Counted from the stretch's first letter, positions 121,877-136,687 are shown. The stretch is 248,000 bases of DNA from Wallemia ichthyophaga EXF-994 (GCF_000400465.1 NW_008806282.1:20001-268000), one strand, 5' to 3'. Notes: generated from the sequence alone by a model not told the origin. Translations and numbers: made by a program.

Positions 121877-122887
121877 ATGACGGGATGGAATAGAGTGCTT
121901 AAATTCTGGGTAATATTCGTGATAGCGACGTTGAATATAAATTTAGTACAAATATTCAGCAGTCCATTTAAATTAATCAGTAAATCCATCTACACAAGCA
122001 TCATCGACTACTCGAAAGCGTCATTCTCCAAGTTTCTGGTTATTTTGTTAAATTTGCAAGGTAATGGAAGCGTAGTGAGAGTGTACAACCCAGTAACAGT
122101 TCAACCACAATCTGTAATCTTCTCAAACCACCAACTGTACACTGATTGGATTTACATCTGGACTCTCCTCTATAAGCTGGAATCCAACGCTGATCACCTT
122201 ATCATCATCCTCAAACACTCCCTCAAACACATCCCCATCCTTGGCTGGGGTATGCAATTTTTCAACTTTATCTTTCTTAGACGCAGTTGGGCTGTTGATA
122301 ACAAGACACTCTCTAATCAATTACATCAGATTTCTGCCAACAGCAACCCATACACCCTTCTCCTCTTCCCTGAAGGTACCACCATCTCCAACGATTCTCG
122401 CCCAAAGTCAAACAACTTTACGAAGAAAATTGGCGTTGAAGATTTTCACCATCTCCTCTACCCACGTGTTACTGGTCTCCTCCACTCCCTCAGGTCTCTC
122501 TCCCATAATCCCAACCTCCAGGTCATCGACTCTACCCTTGCATACCCAGACATCCCCCCTGGCGTCTACGGCCAGGACTGGTACACGCTTAAAAACACCT
122601 TCCTCAGGCGCATCTCGCCGGATATTATACACTTGCACATGAGCAGCTGGAAATTGTGTGACATTCCAATCCACTCGGATGATTTATTCACTAGCTGGCT
122701 TCTACAGAGGTGGCACGAGAAAGAGCAACGTTTGCGTGTTTTCCAAGAGTCACACACTCTAGATCCATCTGGCAAGTACCAAGACATCCCTCTCAATCTA
122801 ACCCATCCACTAGCACACACACTCGATGCTTTCATCTACTTTGTTCCTATCATTTTGGTGTATGTTCTATGTCGTTTGGTGATATAA
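121877..122887 (+). CDS. Lysophospholipid acyltransferase (PlsC family)
   Basis: SNHQLYTDW, LLFPEGT, LYPRVTG. Confidence 0.85.
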   Translation: MTGWNRVLKFWVIFVIATLNINLVQIFSSPFKLISKSIYTSIIDYSKASFSKFLVILLNLQGNGSVVRVYNPVTVQPQSVIFSNHQLYTDWIYIWTLLYKLESNADHLIIILKHSLKHIPILGWGMQFFNFIFLRRSWAVDNKTLSNQLHQISANSNPYTLLLFPEGTTISNDSRPKSNNFTKKIGVEDFHHLLYPRVTGLLHSLRSLSHNPNLQVIDSTLAYPDIPPGVYGQDWYTLKNTFLRRISPDIIHLHMSSWKLCDIPIHSDDLFTSWLLQRWHEKEQRLRVFQESHTLDPSGKYQDIPLNLTHPLAHTLDAFIYFVPIILVYVLCRLVI

Positions 122888-122916
122888 AATTCATGTCATT
122901 TGATATCGATAATCAT

Positions 122917-123483
122917 CTAAAGGAATTTGCTAGCCAGGCTGCTCAGCCCACCCGAGTCACTTCCTCCAATTGTACCACCACTCATCTTGGACTTGATGAC
123001 GAGTTTACCGAAAGTCATTGCAGCGCTGTCAACAGCAGACTGTTTGTCGTCGCTGCTACCATGACTAAAGTGTTCATCAGCCAATTTCTTAGCCTCGGCG
123101 ATAACTTTTCCGAGGAGATCGCTATCTTTCTCGTTTGTCTGGTTTTCTCCACCAGCAAAGTGTTTCTTGAAAAGGCTCATAGCGTAAGCAGTGCCGTGCT
123201 CTTGAGGCGAGGCGCCCTTGGTATCGCCCTCTTCAAAAACCTTGTTATGTGCCTGCACGGAGCCTTCCTCATCCACATGGCCATTCATCTCGCCCTGCTT
123301 GTCGTTGAGCATGCCTACTGCCTTCTCGAGGTACGAGTGCTGTGACTCATCGCCGTGCTCTGACTTGGCCATGCCGAGGACTGACCTCAAATCGAATCCT
123401 TGCCCAGAAGAGGTGTTACCTGAGTCGCCGCTATTACCTGCGTACGCCTCATAGCCTTGTTTAGCCATATTTACAAAGTCCAT
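122917..123483 (-). CDS. Beta-flanking (beta-fg)-like protein
   Basis: MDFVNMAKQGYEAY..AVDSAAMT..KSKMSGGTIGG..GGLSSLASKF resembles, from recall, Agaricomycete beta-flanking proteins. Confidence 0.65.
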   Translation of the reverse strand: MDFVNMAKQGYEAYAGNSGDSGNTSSGQGFDLRSVLGMAKSEHGDESQHSYLEKAVGMLNDKQGEMNGHVDEEGSVQAHNKVFEEGDTKGASPQEHGTAYAMSLFKKHFAGGENQTNEKDSDLLGKVIAEAKKLADEHFSHGSSDDKQSAVDSAAMTFGKLVIKSKMSGGTIGGSDSGGLSSLASKFL

Positions 123484-123728
123484 TGTGGATGTGCTTGTGT
123501 GTTTACGGTGCTGATGGTGCTGGTGCAACGTGTATTGCTATCTGATCGGTCCGGGAGCAATTCGGGAAATTAGAGCGTAATGTGATTGCGGAGGAGAGCC
123601 CAAACTTCAAAGGTGCACTTGCCTGCATTTTAATGCGTTGTCTGCTTGCATCTCCTCATCTCCCCGTCCACCTCTTCATCTCCCGAACATCCATCATCTG
123701 GATAACAAATTCAGATAACAGATAAAAG

Positions 123729-125511
123729 ATGGGCACACAACATGCGCGCGCGGCCCTGCATGCCGCACACAGCCTACGCGCCGTCCCGCGGTCGTGGAAG
123801 GCGCGTATTGGTCGAGTTCTACGGGAGGGGGAGGACAAGGACGCACAGGGCACACAAAGCAAACGACGTCTACTGAGTGAGTGAGTTAGTTGCGGGGATG
123901 TCCACCGACGCGATCTTACAAAATATAGTCTATGGCAGCCACACCAAACAGCTCGTTGAGGCTCTCCTCCGCGATCCATTGGCTGGCGGTAAAGCTGGTG
124001 GTGGTAGTGGCAGTAGCAGCAGCTCTAATAACACCCCCCACACCTCCGCTACAGACATTCTCCAGCAGCGAAGACACCTCGGCGGACGGCGGAACGAGGG
124101 GCGCGTGTGGACTATACAGCACAGCCACCAACACGCTCCAAGCACACCCACCACTGAGCATGTCCTTATTCCTCTGCCGGCGCTGGAGAAAGTGGATGTG
124201 GTTGAGTGGAGTGACGGTGACGGCGATCGGGAGAGTTGGTCCAAACACGCACACGCACACCACTCCCAACTCACCGACGAAGCTGTCGCGTCGCACGACC
124301 TGATTATCGATAATGGGCCAGCAAGTGCGTATCTCCGCGGCTTGTTCGGCGATCGGCCACGAACAATAAGTATAAACGGGCGCAACGAGCTCGCAGTAGA
124401 TGCGACAGGTGCTCTCGGTGCTCTTGATGCGTTTGAAGCGAAGGACGTAAATGGGTATACGCGACTGACGGATTCCTCCAACATACGAAAGTTGAAGCAA
124501 GTGTTAGTGGGTGATATGCGAGTAGCAGAACGAGAAGCGCACGCTGTGCACGCAGTCAAACTGGCACTCAGCGCGACAGACAGAGTGCTGCGCACGAAAG
124601 AGCACGTTCTAGCGTCGATGGAGAGGGAGAGTGAGGTATGCGTGGAGGAGACAGAAGGGGAATGCGCCAAACTCCTCCAACATTTCCCGTCGTCTACTCA
124701 CATTCAACACGATCATACAGTCTCGTTGCACAAGGCACTCGCAATGCTCAGGTCTTTCCCAGTCGCTCTCCTCCCTATACGCATAGACGACCTGGGTGCG
124801 TTTGTGGAAGGGATACTCAACAAACATTTCGCTGACACCCTCGCACTCGAATATGCCGCCTTTGATGGCGCTGTTGCCCAGACTAATGCGCGCGTTCACC
124901 ACCTCGCACATGAACAGCTGGAGCGCGCGGGTAAGCGGAGTGTAGAGGGTATAGAGGGTTTAGATACAAATGAAGATAAGGATATGCCTCTGCACCTGCA
125001 CACAGCCATCCACCAAAACAACTTGGGCAGAAACGCGTCTGCACTTGCATCAGCACCTTCCACAGACAGCCGCAGTATAGCGCAGCGCACACTCAATACT
125101 CTCACACAGCCAGGTGGCTTGCCTGACAGTATAGCGGCGCGGATGCAGGCAGCGCTTGTGCGCGCGTACGGGGGTGTTTTGTCCACAAGTGCACTGGGGT
125201 ATGCAGGCGCTATGGGTGAGTGGTGCACAACTCAGTCAGCAGTTGGTCTAGCTGTTTTAGGTGGCGTGTGGAGCGTCAAGCATGTGCTCACCAAGTGGAC
125301 TACCTCGGTTGGGATGTTTGAAAGTAGCTGGAAGAGGGGCTATGCGCTGATAGAGGCGGAAAGCGAGGACTATAAACAGACAGTCAGAGCTGGGATGATG
125401 AAAGATGCGCGTTTCGTAGATGCCGTTGTGAGACAACACGTGAATAGACACAGGCACCAACTGGAAGATTTGCAGAAAGAGGTGGAAGGAGTGAGGAAGG
125501 AGTATTTGTAG
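123729..125511 (+). CDS. Mmc1-like mitochondrial protein
   Basis: C-terminal two hydrophobic segments and LAVLGGVWSVK..KW resembling the Mmc1 C-terminus. Confidence 0.5.
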
Positions 125512-125612
125512 GGTGATTTGGGTGTATAGATGAATGAATAGAAATGATTTGATTTGGTTGGTCGGCTAAGTTTTAGTGGGATCGAGAATCCACCACCTTC
125601 TCTGTTTGTGCA

Positions 125613-126443
125613 ATGCCATCATCATCCGCAACGAAGAAGACAGCGAAGAAAACAGCGAAGAGTGATCAGTCTATGGCACCTTCTAAACCACCATCTAAAG
125701 CACCTAAAACACAGCCCAAGAGCATCCTCAAGAAGAAGGAGGCGGTACAAGAGCCGAGCAGCGAAGACGGGGAGAGTGATGAGGGTGACGTGGAGGGCGA
125801 CAGCGAGAGTGATTTAGACAGCGATGTAGACGCAGACTCTGATGCCTCCGCGTCGTCCGCCTCCTCTGGATCATACACCACGCTCAAACCAAAGAAACGC
125901 AAGCGCAAGAATAACGAAACAGAGGCAAACACTTTCGCTAGTGCCCTCACAAACCTCGCAGACACCTCAGCCACATCGGCGAAAAACCTCGAAATTCTCC
126001 CGCAAGCCAACAAATCACTCAAGAAGCACAGGATGCAATTGAAGGCGCAAAAAGTGTTGCGTGACGAGGCCAAACACAAGGAAGATATTGGCAGAGTGCG
126101 CGATGTTGTTAGTGGCTGGGCTGTGCCGTCAACGGTGATCAAGGGGGGTGAAGGAGGTGCAGACGCAGACAACGCAGTAAACGCACATGTTGACTCCGGC
126201 GCCGCCAAGGAAAAGAGACTGAGGAAGGTGGCACAGAAAGGTGTCGTGCGCCTATTCAACGCAATTCTCGCAGCTCAGAAAGCAGAGAGTGGCGCTAAAG
126301 TGGTTGATAAGGAGAAGGATAGGGGACTGGGTAAGCAGAGGCTTGAAGCACCCGCTAATTTCCCATCGCAAAACAAGAAGCAGGCTAAGAACACAGACAC
126401 TGTAGCCAAGAATGCTTTCATGGATGCCATACGTAAGGGATGA
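125613..126443 (+). CDS. RRP15: Ribosome biogenesis protein Rrp15
   Basis: KEKRLRKVAQKGVVRLFNAI. Confidence 0.85.
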   Translation: MPSSSATKKTAKKTAKSDQSMAPSKPPSKAPKTQPKSILKKKEAVQEPSSEDGESDEGDVEGDSESDLDSDVDADSDASASSASSGSYTTLKPKKRKRKNNETEANTFASALTNLADTSATSAKNLEILPQANKSLKKHRMQLKAQKVLRDEAKHKEDIGRVRDVVSGWAVPSTVIKGGEGGADADNAVNAHVDSGAAKEKRLRKVAQKGVVRLFNAILAAQKAESGAKVVDKEKDRGLGKQRLEAPANFPSQNKKQAKNTDTVAKNAFMDAIRKG

Positions 126444-126633
126444 ATATTTTGTAGAATTATAATTTTGATTTTTTTTTATGCTAAATTCTTATCTAATGAC
126501 GCCATTTGTAAAACTCCTAAACTCCGGCGCTCGAGTGAAATGCCGGGGTTGACTGAGACGACCATCAGATGACGCGGGATAATGGGGAAAATAAAAGAAC
126601 GAGTGGAATAAAACAGCCGGTTTAAGTTTTACA

Positions 126634-128572
126634 ATGAAGCACATATTCAACGATCCAAATGAGCTCCTCAAATGCGCCATCAATGCTCAGCCAACCCTCA
126701 ATCCTTCCCTCGCAGTAGACGTGGCCCAGGGCGTCGTATACGATACACATTCACCCACACCGCACAGGCGTGTTTCTGTTATCGCAGGCGGTGGCTCTGG
126801 TCATGAACCCGCGCATGTATCGCTCGTTGGTGGGTAAGAGTGTACATCCGGCAGAACTCAGCTCATACGCAATCACAGGCACTGGTATTCTCCAAGCCAG
126901 CGTCTCTGGCCACATATTCGCCAGCCCCTCTTCCACGCACATCCTCCACGCCATACAGCGCACACCACCCACCCACGCCATCCTCCTCATTATCAACCAA
127001 TACACAGGCGACAAGCTTAACTTCAACCGCGCTGCACAGAAGGCGCGCTACGATGGTCGCGTCGTGCATACAGTCACTGTCGGAGACGATGTCTCACTTT
127101 CCCCCACAGCCATCGCCAAAGTTGGGCGCAGGGGGCTCACAGCAAACCCTCTCGTCTGCAAGGTGGCTGGAGCGGCGGCCGAGCGTGGGCTGGATGTGGA
127201 GGCAGTGCAGCTTATTAGCGAGGCGGTAGCTGCGAATGTCGCCACTATAGGAGCGTCGCCCCAACACTGCCATGTTCCAGGTCGAGAGAGGGCGCAGGAC
127301 GAGTCCACCGATAACTCCTTATATGTGGAACTGGGTCTCGGTATCCACAACGAGCCTGGGGCTAAGAAGGTGGTTGACAATTCACACTCTCCACACACCC
127401 ATCTCATTCAAGATATGCTCCTTAGAATCCTCTCCTCCCCTTACACAGCCTTTGGTGATGAGGACGACGTTATACTCGTCGTTAATAACCTGGGCGGCCT
127501 CTCGCTTGTCGAGCTGTATGGTGTGGTGGGGGTCGCTAGTGAGGTGCTCACCAGACAACACGCTATTCACCCCCTTCATACCCTCGTAGGATCATTCATG
127601 ACCAGCCTCAACATGCCCGGCTTCTCCCTCTCCCTCCTCAACGTCACCCGCGCAGATAGCGTGTGTGGCGGTGTCGGCGGTGTTAGCGTGGTTGATCTGC
127701 TGTACGACCCCACAGCCGTGACGGCATGGCCAGCTATGAGTATGGGCAAAAATACAAGTATCGAGCAGGAAGAGAGGCAGGAGAGGGTGGAGGATGGGTA
127801 TGATGTCGGAGCTGAGGTTGAGACTAAGACTGAGCAGAACAAGACACACGACAAAGTGAACCTTGAAGCGCAACCATCCACACTCACACCACACTCAAGA
127901 CTCATCGCTCAAGCAGTACACAGCGCATGCGACGCCGTCCTCGCAGCTGAACCCGATCTAACGCACTGGGACACGCTCGTCGGCGACGGCGACTGCGGTA
128001 CGACATTCTCGGGCGGTGCATCAGCCATCAAGGCAGCTCTCGCAGCAGACAGGCTCCCGCTCACACATCCAGCCCCACTCTTTTACTCCCTCTCCCTCCT
128101 CGTCGAATCAAGTATGGGCGGTACGGCTGGTGCGCTGTTCGCGCTGTATTTTGGTGCACTCAGTAATGCGCTGAGCGGGGCAAACGACGTGGGTGAGGCG
128201 AATGCGAGTGTGGATGTCGACTGGAGTGTGCATCTCACATCCGCTGCTCTAACTGCCCTCGACGAACTGCGGTTGTTTACTCCCGCTCAAGTCGGTGATA
128301 GGACGCTCATGGATGCTCTCATCCCCTTCTCCAGCGCGCTCGAGAGTGGGCTGGGTATCGCCGTCGCAGCTCAGCACGCTAGGAAGGGTGCTGAAGAGAC
128401 GGCTTTTATGGTTGCTACTCTTGGACGAGCTGCTTATTGCACTGATTATGCAGATGGCTCTGACGTTAATGACAAGGACAACACTCACAACAATAAAACC
128501 CCCAATATTCCAGATCCTGGCGCTATGGGTGTGAGCGCTATCATTGGCGGTATAGCAGGTTGTTTTAATTAA
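126634..128572 (+). CDS. DAK1: Dihydroxyacetone kinase
   Basis: GGGSGHEPAH, QYTGDKLNF, ELGLGIHNEPG, GDGDCG, GDRTLMDAL, DPGAMG. Confidence 0.92.
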
Positions 128573-128654
128573 CGTGCTTGTATGCTTTGAATACCATGGA
128601 TAATTTCTTTCTGTCTAAAAATACAATAGGGTGCCATCGCACCATATAAACCTC

Positions 128655-129149
<495 letters not shown>

Positions 129150-129435
129150 TCAATTTCCATTTTCATCACGCGCAAGCTCACCCAAATGATCCGAAATTGT
129201 TCGTCAGTGGTAGTGCGGTGTGAGAAGCAATTAAAATTCACAATCTGAATATATAAAGCTCTGGCTTTATTTTGGTATTTTTATATTCTTTATATTCCCT
129301 CTAAGCAGCTCAGCATCACGCGATTTATATAAGAACTAAATCTGATCTGATCGCGGCTGATGTGATGCAGCGCGTCTCGAAATGGATAAATAGCCAGCGC
129401 ATCTCGAGCAATATCCATCAACAACTCTTAGTATA

Positions 129436-129793
<358 letters not shown>

Positions 129794-130007
129794 TTGGCCG
129801 CTTGAGCCACCCTCCCCCTCAGCTATTGTAATATCAATTGTACACTAATTTCATACCACTTTGAATATTCTTAAGGGTACCTAACCTGAATATGTATAAA
129901 CGTAAATCCCCGCCTTAGTTTGTGATTGAAATGCTCACATCACGTGAACCGCAACTGTCATCATCGATAAGCAAGATAACACGGATAAGCGTGGAATTGG
130001 ATATGTG

Positions 130008-131466
130008 ATGGGATTTATGCGGTGAGTTGCGTTTCAAGGGAATTGTAACCCACTCACACACCTCTATCCAGACGAGCAGAAGAAGTCGAGCTGCTACAGC
130101 TACAAGATTCAGATAACCCGTACTTGATTTATCAGCCACCATTCGCATACTCGCTGCCGTCTCAAATGCTCGTTATCGGAATCGTACTCACTCTATGCAC
130201 CGTTCTGCTCTCACACCTCTCTTTCACAGCGCAATACCACTTTCCACTATCAAAGCTCAACTTTCTTTTACAAACGCTGGCTGTCCTCAGTCTCCTTACA
130301 AAGGTTTCCGCTGAATTGGCCCTGGCCTCTATCAAGCTTTACGACATTTCCTCAATTTGGCCTTATATGTTTGAATACACGGCTATTGACATACCTTACA
130401 TTGAATGGGATGTTTGGAAGACTGGCGCGTGGCTAGCGATGTTAGCTATAGTCTCAGCACTTGTCAATGTGGGTGGTTTCTATTTTTAGCACTGAGATCA
130501 CTAATGTCTCACCCCTCACAGCTCACCCACATACAATTCCTCACTCTCCTCTTCCCTTCAGATCTCGAGCAGCTGCTAATATTCACTATTCTTGGCCCTT
130601 TAGCCGTCGTTGGCGCTGCTCTCACCTTCTGCGACCTCAGCAGCTCTGACTCCACTATCAAGACCGCAGAGTCAATTAAGAATGTTTGCAACTCTACACT
130701 CACCCTTCTCTTCACTGCCGCTTTGATTATCTGGGGTGGCGTTATCAATCGTCGCCGTGCTTGGAGGACTGACGGTGGCACTGCTGCCTTTGGTGTTTTT
130801 GCTATAGCCTTGGCTGTTCTTGGTACAGCTGTAAACTTTCTCATCGTCAAAGAAGATGAAGTTCCTTGGTTACAGTCGGTTGAATGGGCTATCGTTATGT
130901 GGCAGTCCTGGCTCGGTTTCTGGTGGTGGGTTGGCGCCGGTATGGGCATTGGTGAGGTCGAAGATAGACGCGCACGTAAAACCAAGAAGCAGAAACTCAA
131001 ACGACGTAACAAGAATCGCACAGTCGAATCTCAAGTTGAATCCATGTTCACTGATAATGGTGAGAATCAAGCCGTCAAACGTAGATGGCGGAGTAGTCAC
131101 AATAACACAAACAATATTCATAACACCCCTCAAACTTCCTCGTCAGACTCACCTGAAACTTCCTCAGATACCTTCCTCTTCAGATTCTCGCCCAGCTATC
131201 TCGTTAGTTATGTGTATAATAGTCTCAAACGCGCACACAACGCAGCTGCAAGAATACAAGCAAAAGAATACAAAAAGAAGCAAGAACAACATGAGAGGAG
131301 ATGGGGTCCAGGTGAATTCGCCATGTCCTCAATAAACCCTATTCCTCAACATTCTCAACTCTCAACGACGGATGAGGACACTGAGGCTCTCAAGTCGGAA
131401 AGAGGTGAAAGGAGCTGGTTTAAGTGGTCGGAGAGGTTTCGACGGCGAAGAGCTGATGAGTGGTGA
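130008..131466 (+). CDS. PalH/Rim21/Rra1-type 7TM pH sensor (start approximate)
   Basis: FTAQYHFPLSKLNFLLQ, QLTHIQFLTLLFPS, RAWRTDGGTAAFG, WWWVGAGMG; basic tail. Confidence 0.75.
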
Positions 131467-131615
131467 TTATGAGTACTAGTCAGTGATAGTGTTGGACAAA
131501 ATCAAGACTCAATGAAGGTTCAATGAAGACTCGATATCCGGATAATATACGTTATGAGTTTTGTATAAGTAGTGTAGTATGCATCTTAGAAATATAAATA
131601 TGTTCACTCTCACTC

Positions 131616-132357
131616 TCAATCCTCTTTAAGCAACTTGAGTTTGTCGTGTACACCCCCATGATCATCCTCATCACCCTCCTCCTTGATATCGCCAATCTCG
131701 TCCGCCTTACGCTTCCTGCTAGTCGGATCATCCTCATCGTCGATCAATTCAACCTTGACGTGATTATAAACCCACCACACATTGAAATAGTTGCTACCAA
131801 CCTGTATAGATTTTTTATCAAGCTTGCTGGGTATTTCAGGCAGTGGATATTCCAATTTCTGATTACGACGACGTGGATCACGCAAATTGGAAGCGCCTCT
131901 AAGATGAAATTTGAGATGTTTAGTGATATTTTGTGTACCTACGCTGATCCACTTGACAGAATGTTCCAAGCGATTGATTTCCTTTTTGAACTCCTTACTA
132001 TCGAAATGAGCGTAGACGAGCGAGTACATCCGTTTATCACATTTACGCGCTAGCTTTGCAAGTTCTTCACTTTGGTCTGCGCGCGCTAGCAAGTTCTGCC
132101 ATTGGTGGACACCTTCGTACTTTTCAATCGCTTCGGGACTGTCCATTAGCACGTAGACGAGTATCACATTGAGTGGACCCCATTCAGGGAATTTTATACA
132201 GCTTATTGAATCCGTGTGCAGAAATTTACTTAGCCAGTCGCACAATTCATTCTCTGCCCACAATTTGCGATCGCCTGGATGATTGTCCTGCTCCAGTGGC
132301 GGGAATGGATTCACTATAAAGAATATCGTCTCCTGGTTCTTGTATTTCTTCTTCCAT
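131616..132357 (-). CDS. Hypothetical protein
   Basis: About 250-aa ORF with acidic tail. Confidence 0.45.
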
Positions 132358-132472
132358 GGCTTCTTCTCGACGAGCATTTTTCGGTGGATGGGTTGTGGTC
132401 GGTGATCTCATTATAGACATAGATAAAAGAAATGAAAATTGGCATATCTCAATTTTTCAGCTGTTTGTACAT

Positions 132473-135434
132473 TCATCCAACTATCTCGAAATCATCGCGC
132501 ACTCTCACAAGCGGCTTCTTGATCGTCAACAAACTAGCCCTGCCTTCCTCACCACCCGAAGCCGCCACTCCCTCTTTCCAGGTGAACTGCAGTAATTGTC
132601 CACTCGTGATGACCTCTTCTGGCTTCTCCTTCAACCCAAGCACCTGAATCCTTTCAATCTCAATCTCCTCGCCCTCCGTAAACGACATGCCTGGCTCTAA
132701 TTGCGTGCTTCTCAACGCCCATCCTCCTCTGACATCGCTACTGATGCTACTGAAGGTGAAATTTCTATCGATGAAAGCATCACGGGTGTAGTCGAAAGAA
132801 TGCCCGTCATCCAGATACACCCTACCTTGAGCTTCGCCATAGTGATCGAGGGCTATAGTGAGGGTGAGTGGATCGCGAACCATCAGACTAGCCGACCGTC
132901 TAGCGCGTTCCCGTGTAGGTATAATACTCCCGCCCCTAATAAACAGCGGGAGGGTATCTAATTGAGTGGGTATATTGAGAGTGCGATGAATGTGTTCCTT
133001 CGCGAAGCTGATTTGGTGGGTAAAGTAGTCATAGTAAGGCTGAGATCAGCGTCAGTAACAAGCTTAACACACCGAACACAACAAACTCACCTCATCGCCA
133101 CCCAAATATACACCCACGCTCTGCGCATCCTCTTGCACGACAGGCTTCACGAGCAACTCAGCCGCAGCACCGACGTAGAACTGATCATCGATGTCATACC
133201 CCGCTTCATCGCCCGGATGTACCAAGAACTGTGGCCGTATCACCGGCATCCCGTTGCGCGTGCTCGACCTGAATGCCGTGTACCACAACGGGAGAAGGGT
133301 GTAGCGCAGACGGAGCACATCGCGCACAATACTCCGATATGGCTCGCTCAGTGTGTGTGGCTCGCGTCGTTTCGTGTCAATGTGCGCATGCGCTCGGAAA
133401 AAGGGATGGAATGCTCCAGTCTGGTACCATCGCACGAGATATTGCGCAGAGGGGTCGCCGAAAAACCCTCCAACATCCGCACCCGTCAACATTATTCCGG
133501 AAATACTGTTGGCGAGATTCATTGGTGTCGCGCTGCGTAGATGCTCCCACGTGCCGAGGTTATCCCCCGTCCACACCGCACCGAAACGCTGGCTACCGGC
133601 GAAAAATGACCGAGAGAGTACGAAGCTTCGCTCGTTGACTTCCCCTCTTTTTTCTAACCCCTGCGCGGTAAGATTGGTGAAGAGGAGCCCGTTCATGTTG
133701 TGTATGTCGCGGTGCTCGACGTTGCCGTGGAATAGTACATCTTTTGGCATGGTGATTTCAGGCCCATTGAATACAGTGGGCTCGTTCATATCCACCCAAG
133801 TAAACAGATTGCGCGTTGAGTCCTGTGTCGTGTGTTTGAGTGTTGAACGTCATGCGATGCATACTTTCGCTCACCTTCCACTTTTCGAAGCTGAATAGAG
133901 AAATCCACCAGTCCCAGGCTGCGGGGTTGAGCCTGTTGTCGTGAACATGTGAGTAAGTGAGTGGGGATGTGCGAATGAATAGCACCCACATATCTACCCA
134001 CGAAGACGCACCTGCCCAGCACCACCCTTCATACTCAGACTGTCCATCGGGGCGCTTGACCAGCAGCCCTCTATCACTGGCTTCTTGGTAAACGTAAAAA
134101 TTCTCATCGCGGCTTAGATGAGGATCGATAATATTCACCGTCTTGCGCCCAGTCGCTGCGATGCTCTCAATCATATCGACAGGATCAGGGAACTTCCTCT
134201 TATCCCACAGGAAATACTTGTGGCCTTCAGCGTACTCTATATCAAGCCAGAGAACGTCTACAGGCGCATCAATGGAATCGAATCCATCAACAACGCCCAG
134301 CATATCCTTCGACGTGAAGTAGTTCCATCTGCACTGGTGATGTCCAAGGGCGAACTGCTGCGGCAGCTGTACTACACCTGTGAGAGAAGCGTACTGAGCG
134401 AACACATCCTCGACCGACGGACCTGGTATCAAAAAGAGATCAATAATTCCACTCTCGCCCATCCACTGGGTCGAAGTGGAGTGATTCGAGGGATGTTTCA
134501 CATCGATCCACATCTCACTCGCCGAGAGGAGGAAGACAGCGAGAGAGGAGCGCGATGAATGGGCGTGCATCAGCGGCACAGATCCATACAGTGCCATCGG
134601 GGAGCTGGCTTCGTACTCAAACACATCAAGGTTGTACAGCCGATATGGCTCCGTGTACGGCGGTGAGTTGTCGACATATGGCGTGCGCCGTGGTGATGTG
134701 CCGTCTGTAGGTGGAAGTGCGAGCGGTGCTGCGTGCTCCGGTATGCCGTATATATGCGCATGCGACGGGAAGTCAATGTCGAGCGAGAATGCCTGTGGTC
134801 CTTTAGGCTTGGAGTCGGGTTTGTGGTTGAAAGTTTCCTCCCACATTCCCTCTACTCTGGTATCGTCGGTGTCGCTGCGTCGTCTGTAGTGCTCCATGTG
134901 CAGCAAATCATTTGCGTTTATGTCGACGAGTGTCTCACCCGTTGCTGTGTTCCGGAGAGTGAGTCTGAGGGGGTTGTGCTGCACGGTAAATTCAAGTTGC
135001 TGGTGAGTGGAGGTACGGAAACAGAGCACGTCTGTATCGCGAGTGGATTTGACGTCGATGGCGGATGACGCCATCAGATCTGGTTCAGCGATGAGAACAT
135101 ACGAAGCTGTCTGATTGTAGCGCTGATAGATCCCGCCAATCTCATCGATCCTTAGCCTGGGCAAGCCATTTGCTAGTATGTCCACCTGCAACCCAAAGTT
135201 GACATGCGGCGGGGCGAGAAGATTCTTCATACTCCAAGCGAATGTGGCTAACTCTGGCTGTAGACGAGTAGCCGGGGACTGCAACACATACGCTGACTGT
135301 GTGTTCTCATCTCCACCATTTCGCAATCTGCGGCAGAATGAAGATTGATGACATTGCTTGAAATCGTGCTGCTTGACGGGTGCGACGGTGTGAAGGAAAA
135401 GCACTAAAGTGAGAAAGACGATTGACCACCTCAT
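132473..135434 (-). CDS. ROT2: ER glucosidase II alpha subunit (GH31)
   Basis: Signal peptide, YRLYNLDVFEY, WLDIEY, WVDMNEP, WTGDN, PFFRAH. Confidence 0.92.
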
Positions 135435-135720
135435 CGTGGTTGAGTAGATACCTCCATGGCGGCAACCACCGCGGCAACGACGCCGAGAACGGCAAAAACA
135501 CAGCATCCGACGTCCAATACACCTACAGCCACTCTAGCGCGTTTGATTTGGCGTGGCTGTCTGTCATTCCAGGGCTGGCCACTTGAAGGTGTGTTAGTGC
135601 GCCCACGCTGCCTGGAGCATGTCCAATAACCCCCACAGGCTTCTGCTTTACTACAAATACTTACCCACTTCCCTCCCCCAACATCCACAGCTCCATCGAC
135701 GATCTCACTTTGGCTTTGGA

Positions 135721-136648
135721 AATGACGCGACATAGACCATTGCGTGTATGCGACAGGCTCAATTTGAATTTAGACAAGTGGATTATAGAAAATACTTACA
135801 TCACAGTGTGGGTAGATCCACGCGCAATTCCTTCAAAAAGGTGGTTAGAACGCGTCTTCGGTGCTTCGTCTTCGACGCATCTACACGCCGTCATCGTATC
135901 GTTGGATGACGTAGCAGATGAGCCAGGTTCGTCTTTGGGAATACACGCGTCACTACTCTCACTCCCCTTCAGATCCGTCTAATGAATTCATTATCTTCCG
136001 CGATAACGCAACTCAATCTCTCAACTTGGGCAGGCGGAAGAAGAAAGTGAGAGAGAGTGCGAATGTCGCAAGGCCAGACGATCCTCTGCCGAGAAGTGTG
136101 TCTGCTCACTCTTCCACTCAATTCTGCCACTAACCATACACACACCAGCCAATGTACCTGCCCAGCCAAAGCTGGCTCCACTCGACAGGCTTAACATGCG
136201 CAAGTCGAGTAGTGAGCTCTCGAGACTATTCCCCTCAAGGCCATCGTCTGAGTCTTCCCGGCGATCTTCAGACAAAGCAATGAAGCCTCCAGAAAGCAAA
136301 CGAAAGAGAAGCTCTCTCATACCAGCTGCAGTAGACGCCATAACAGACTCAGACACAGATGCATCTAAGGACTCTACCGTCTTCGGCACACCATCCAACA
136401 ATCAAACCCAAGCCAATAACAAATCATCCTTCAAAAATCAGATGCTAGCAACATTTGCAAACTACAATCTCAGCCAATCACATCCCGAATTCAACCAACT
136501 TTGGTCGATTTGCATAAAAGGTGTTTCATTCGCATTTAGGCATAGAATCCATACCGATATCATCGACAAAGAGCAGATTGATCAGGTAGTACTGAAACAC
136601 TTGTCCATGTACCTCCCCAACAGACCTTCTGTGAAGGTTGTAAAGTAA
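135721..136648 (+). CDS. Hypothetical protein with Sld7 C-terminal-like domain
   Basis: HPEFNQLWSICIKGVSFAFR resembles the Sld7 C-terminus. Confidence 0.45.
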
Positions 136649-136687
136649 ACAATGTAATATGCATAATTCATCATTTACTAGCATCTT

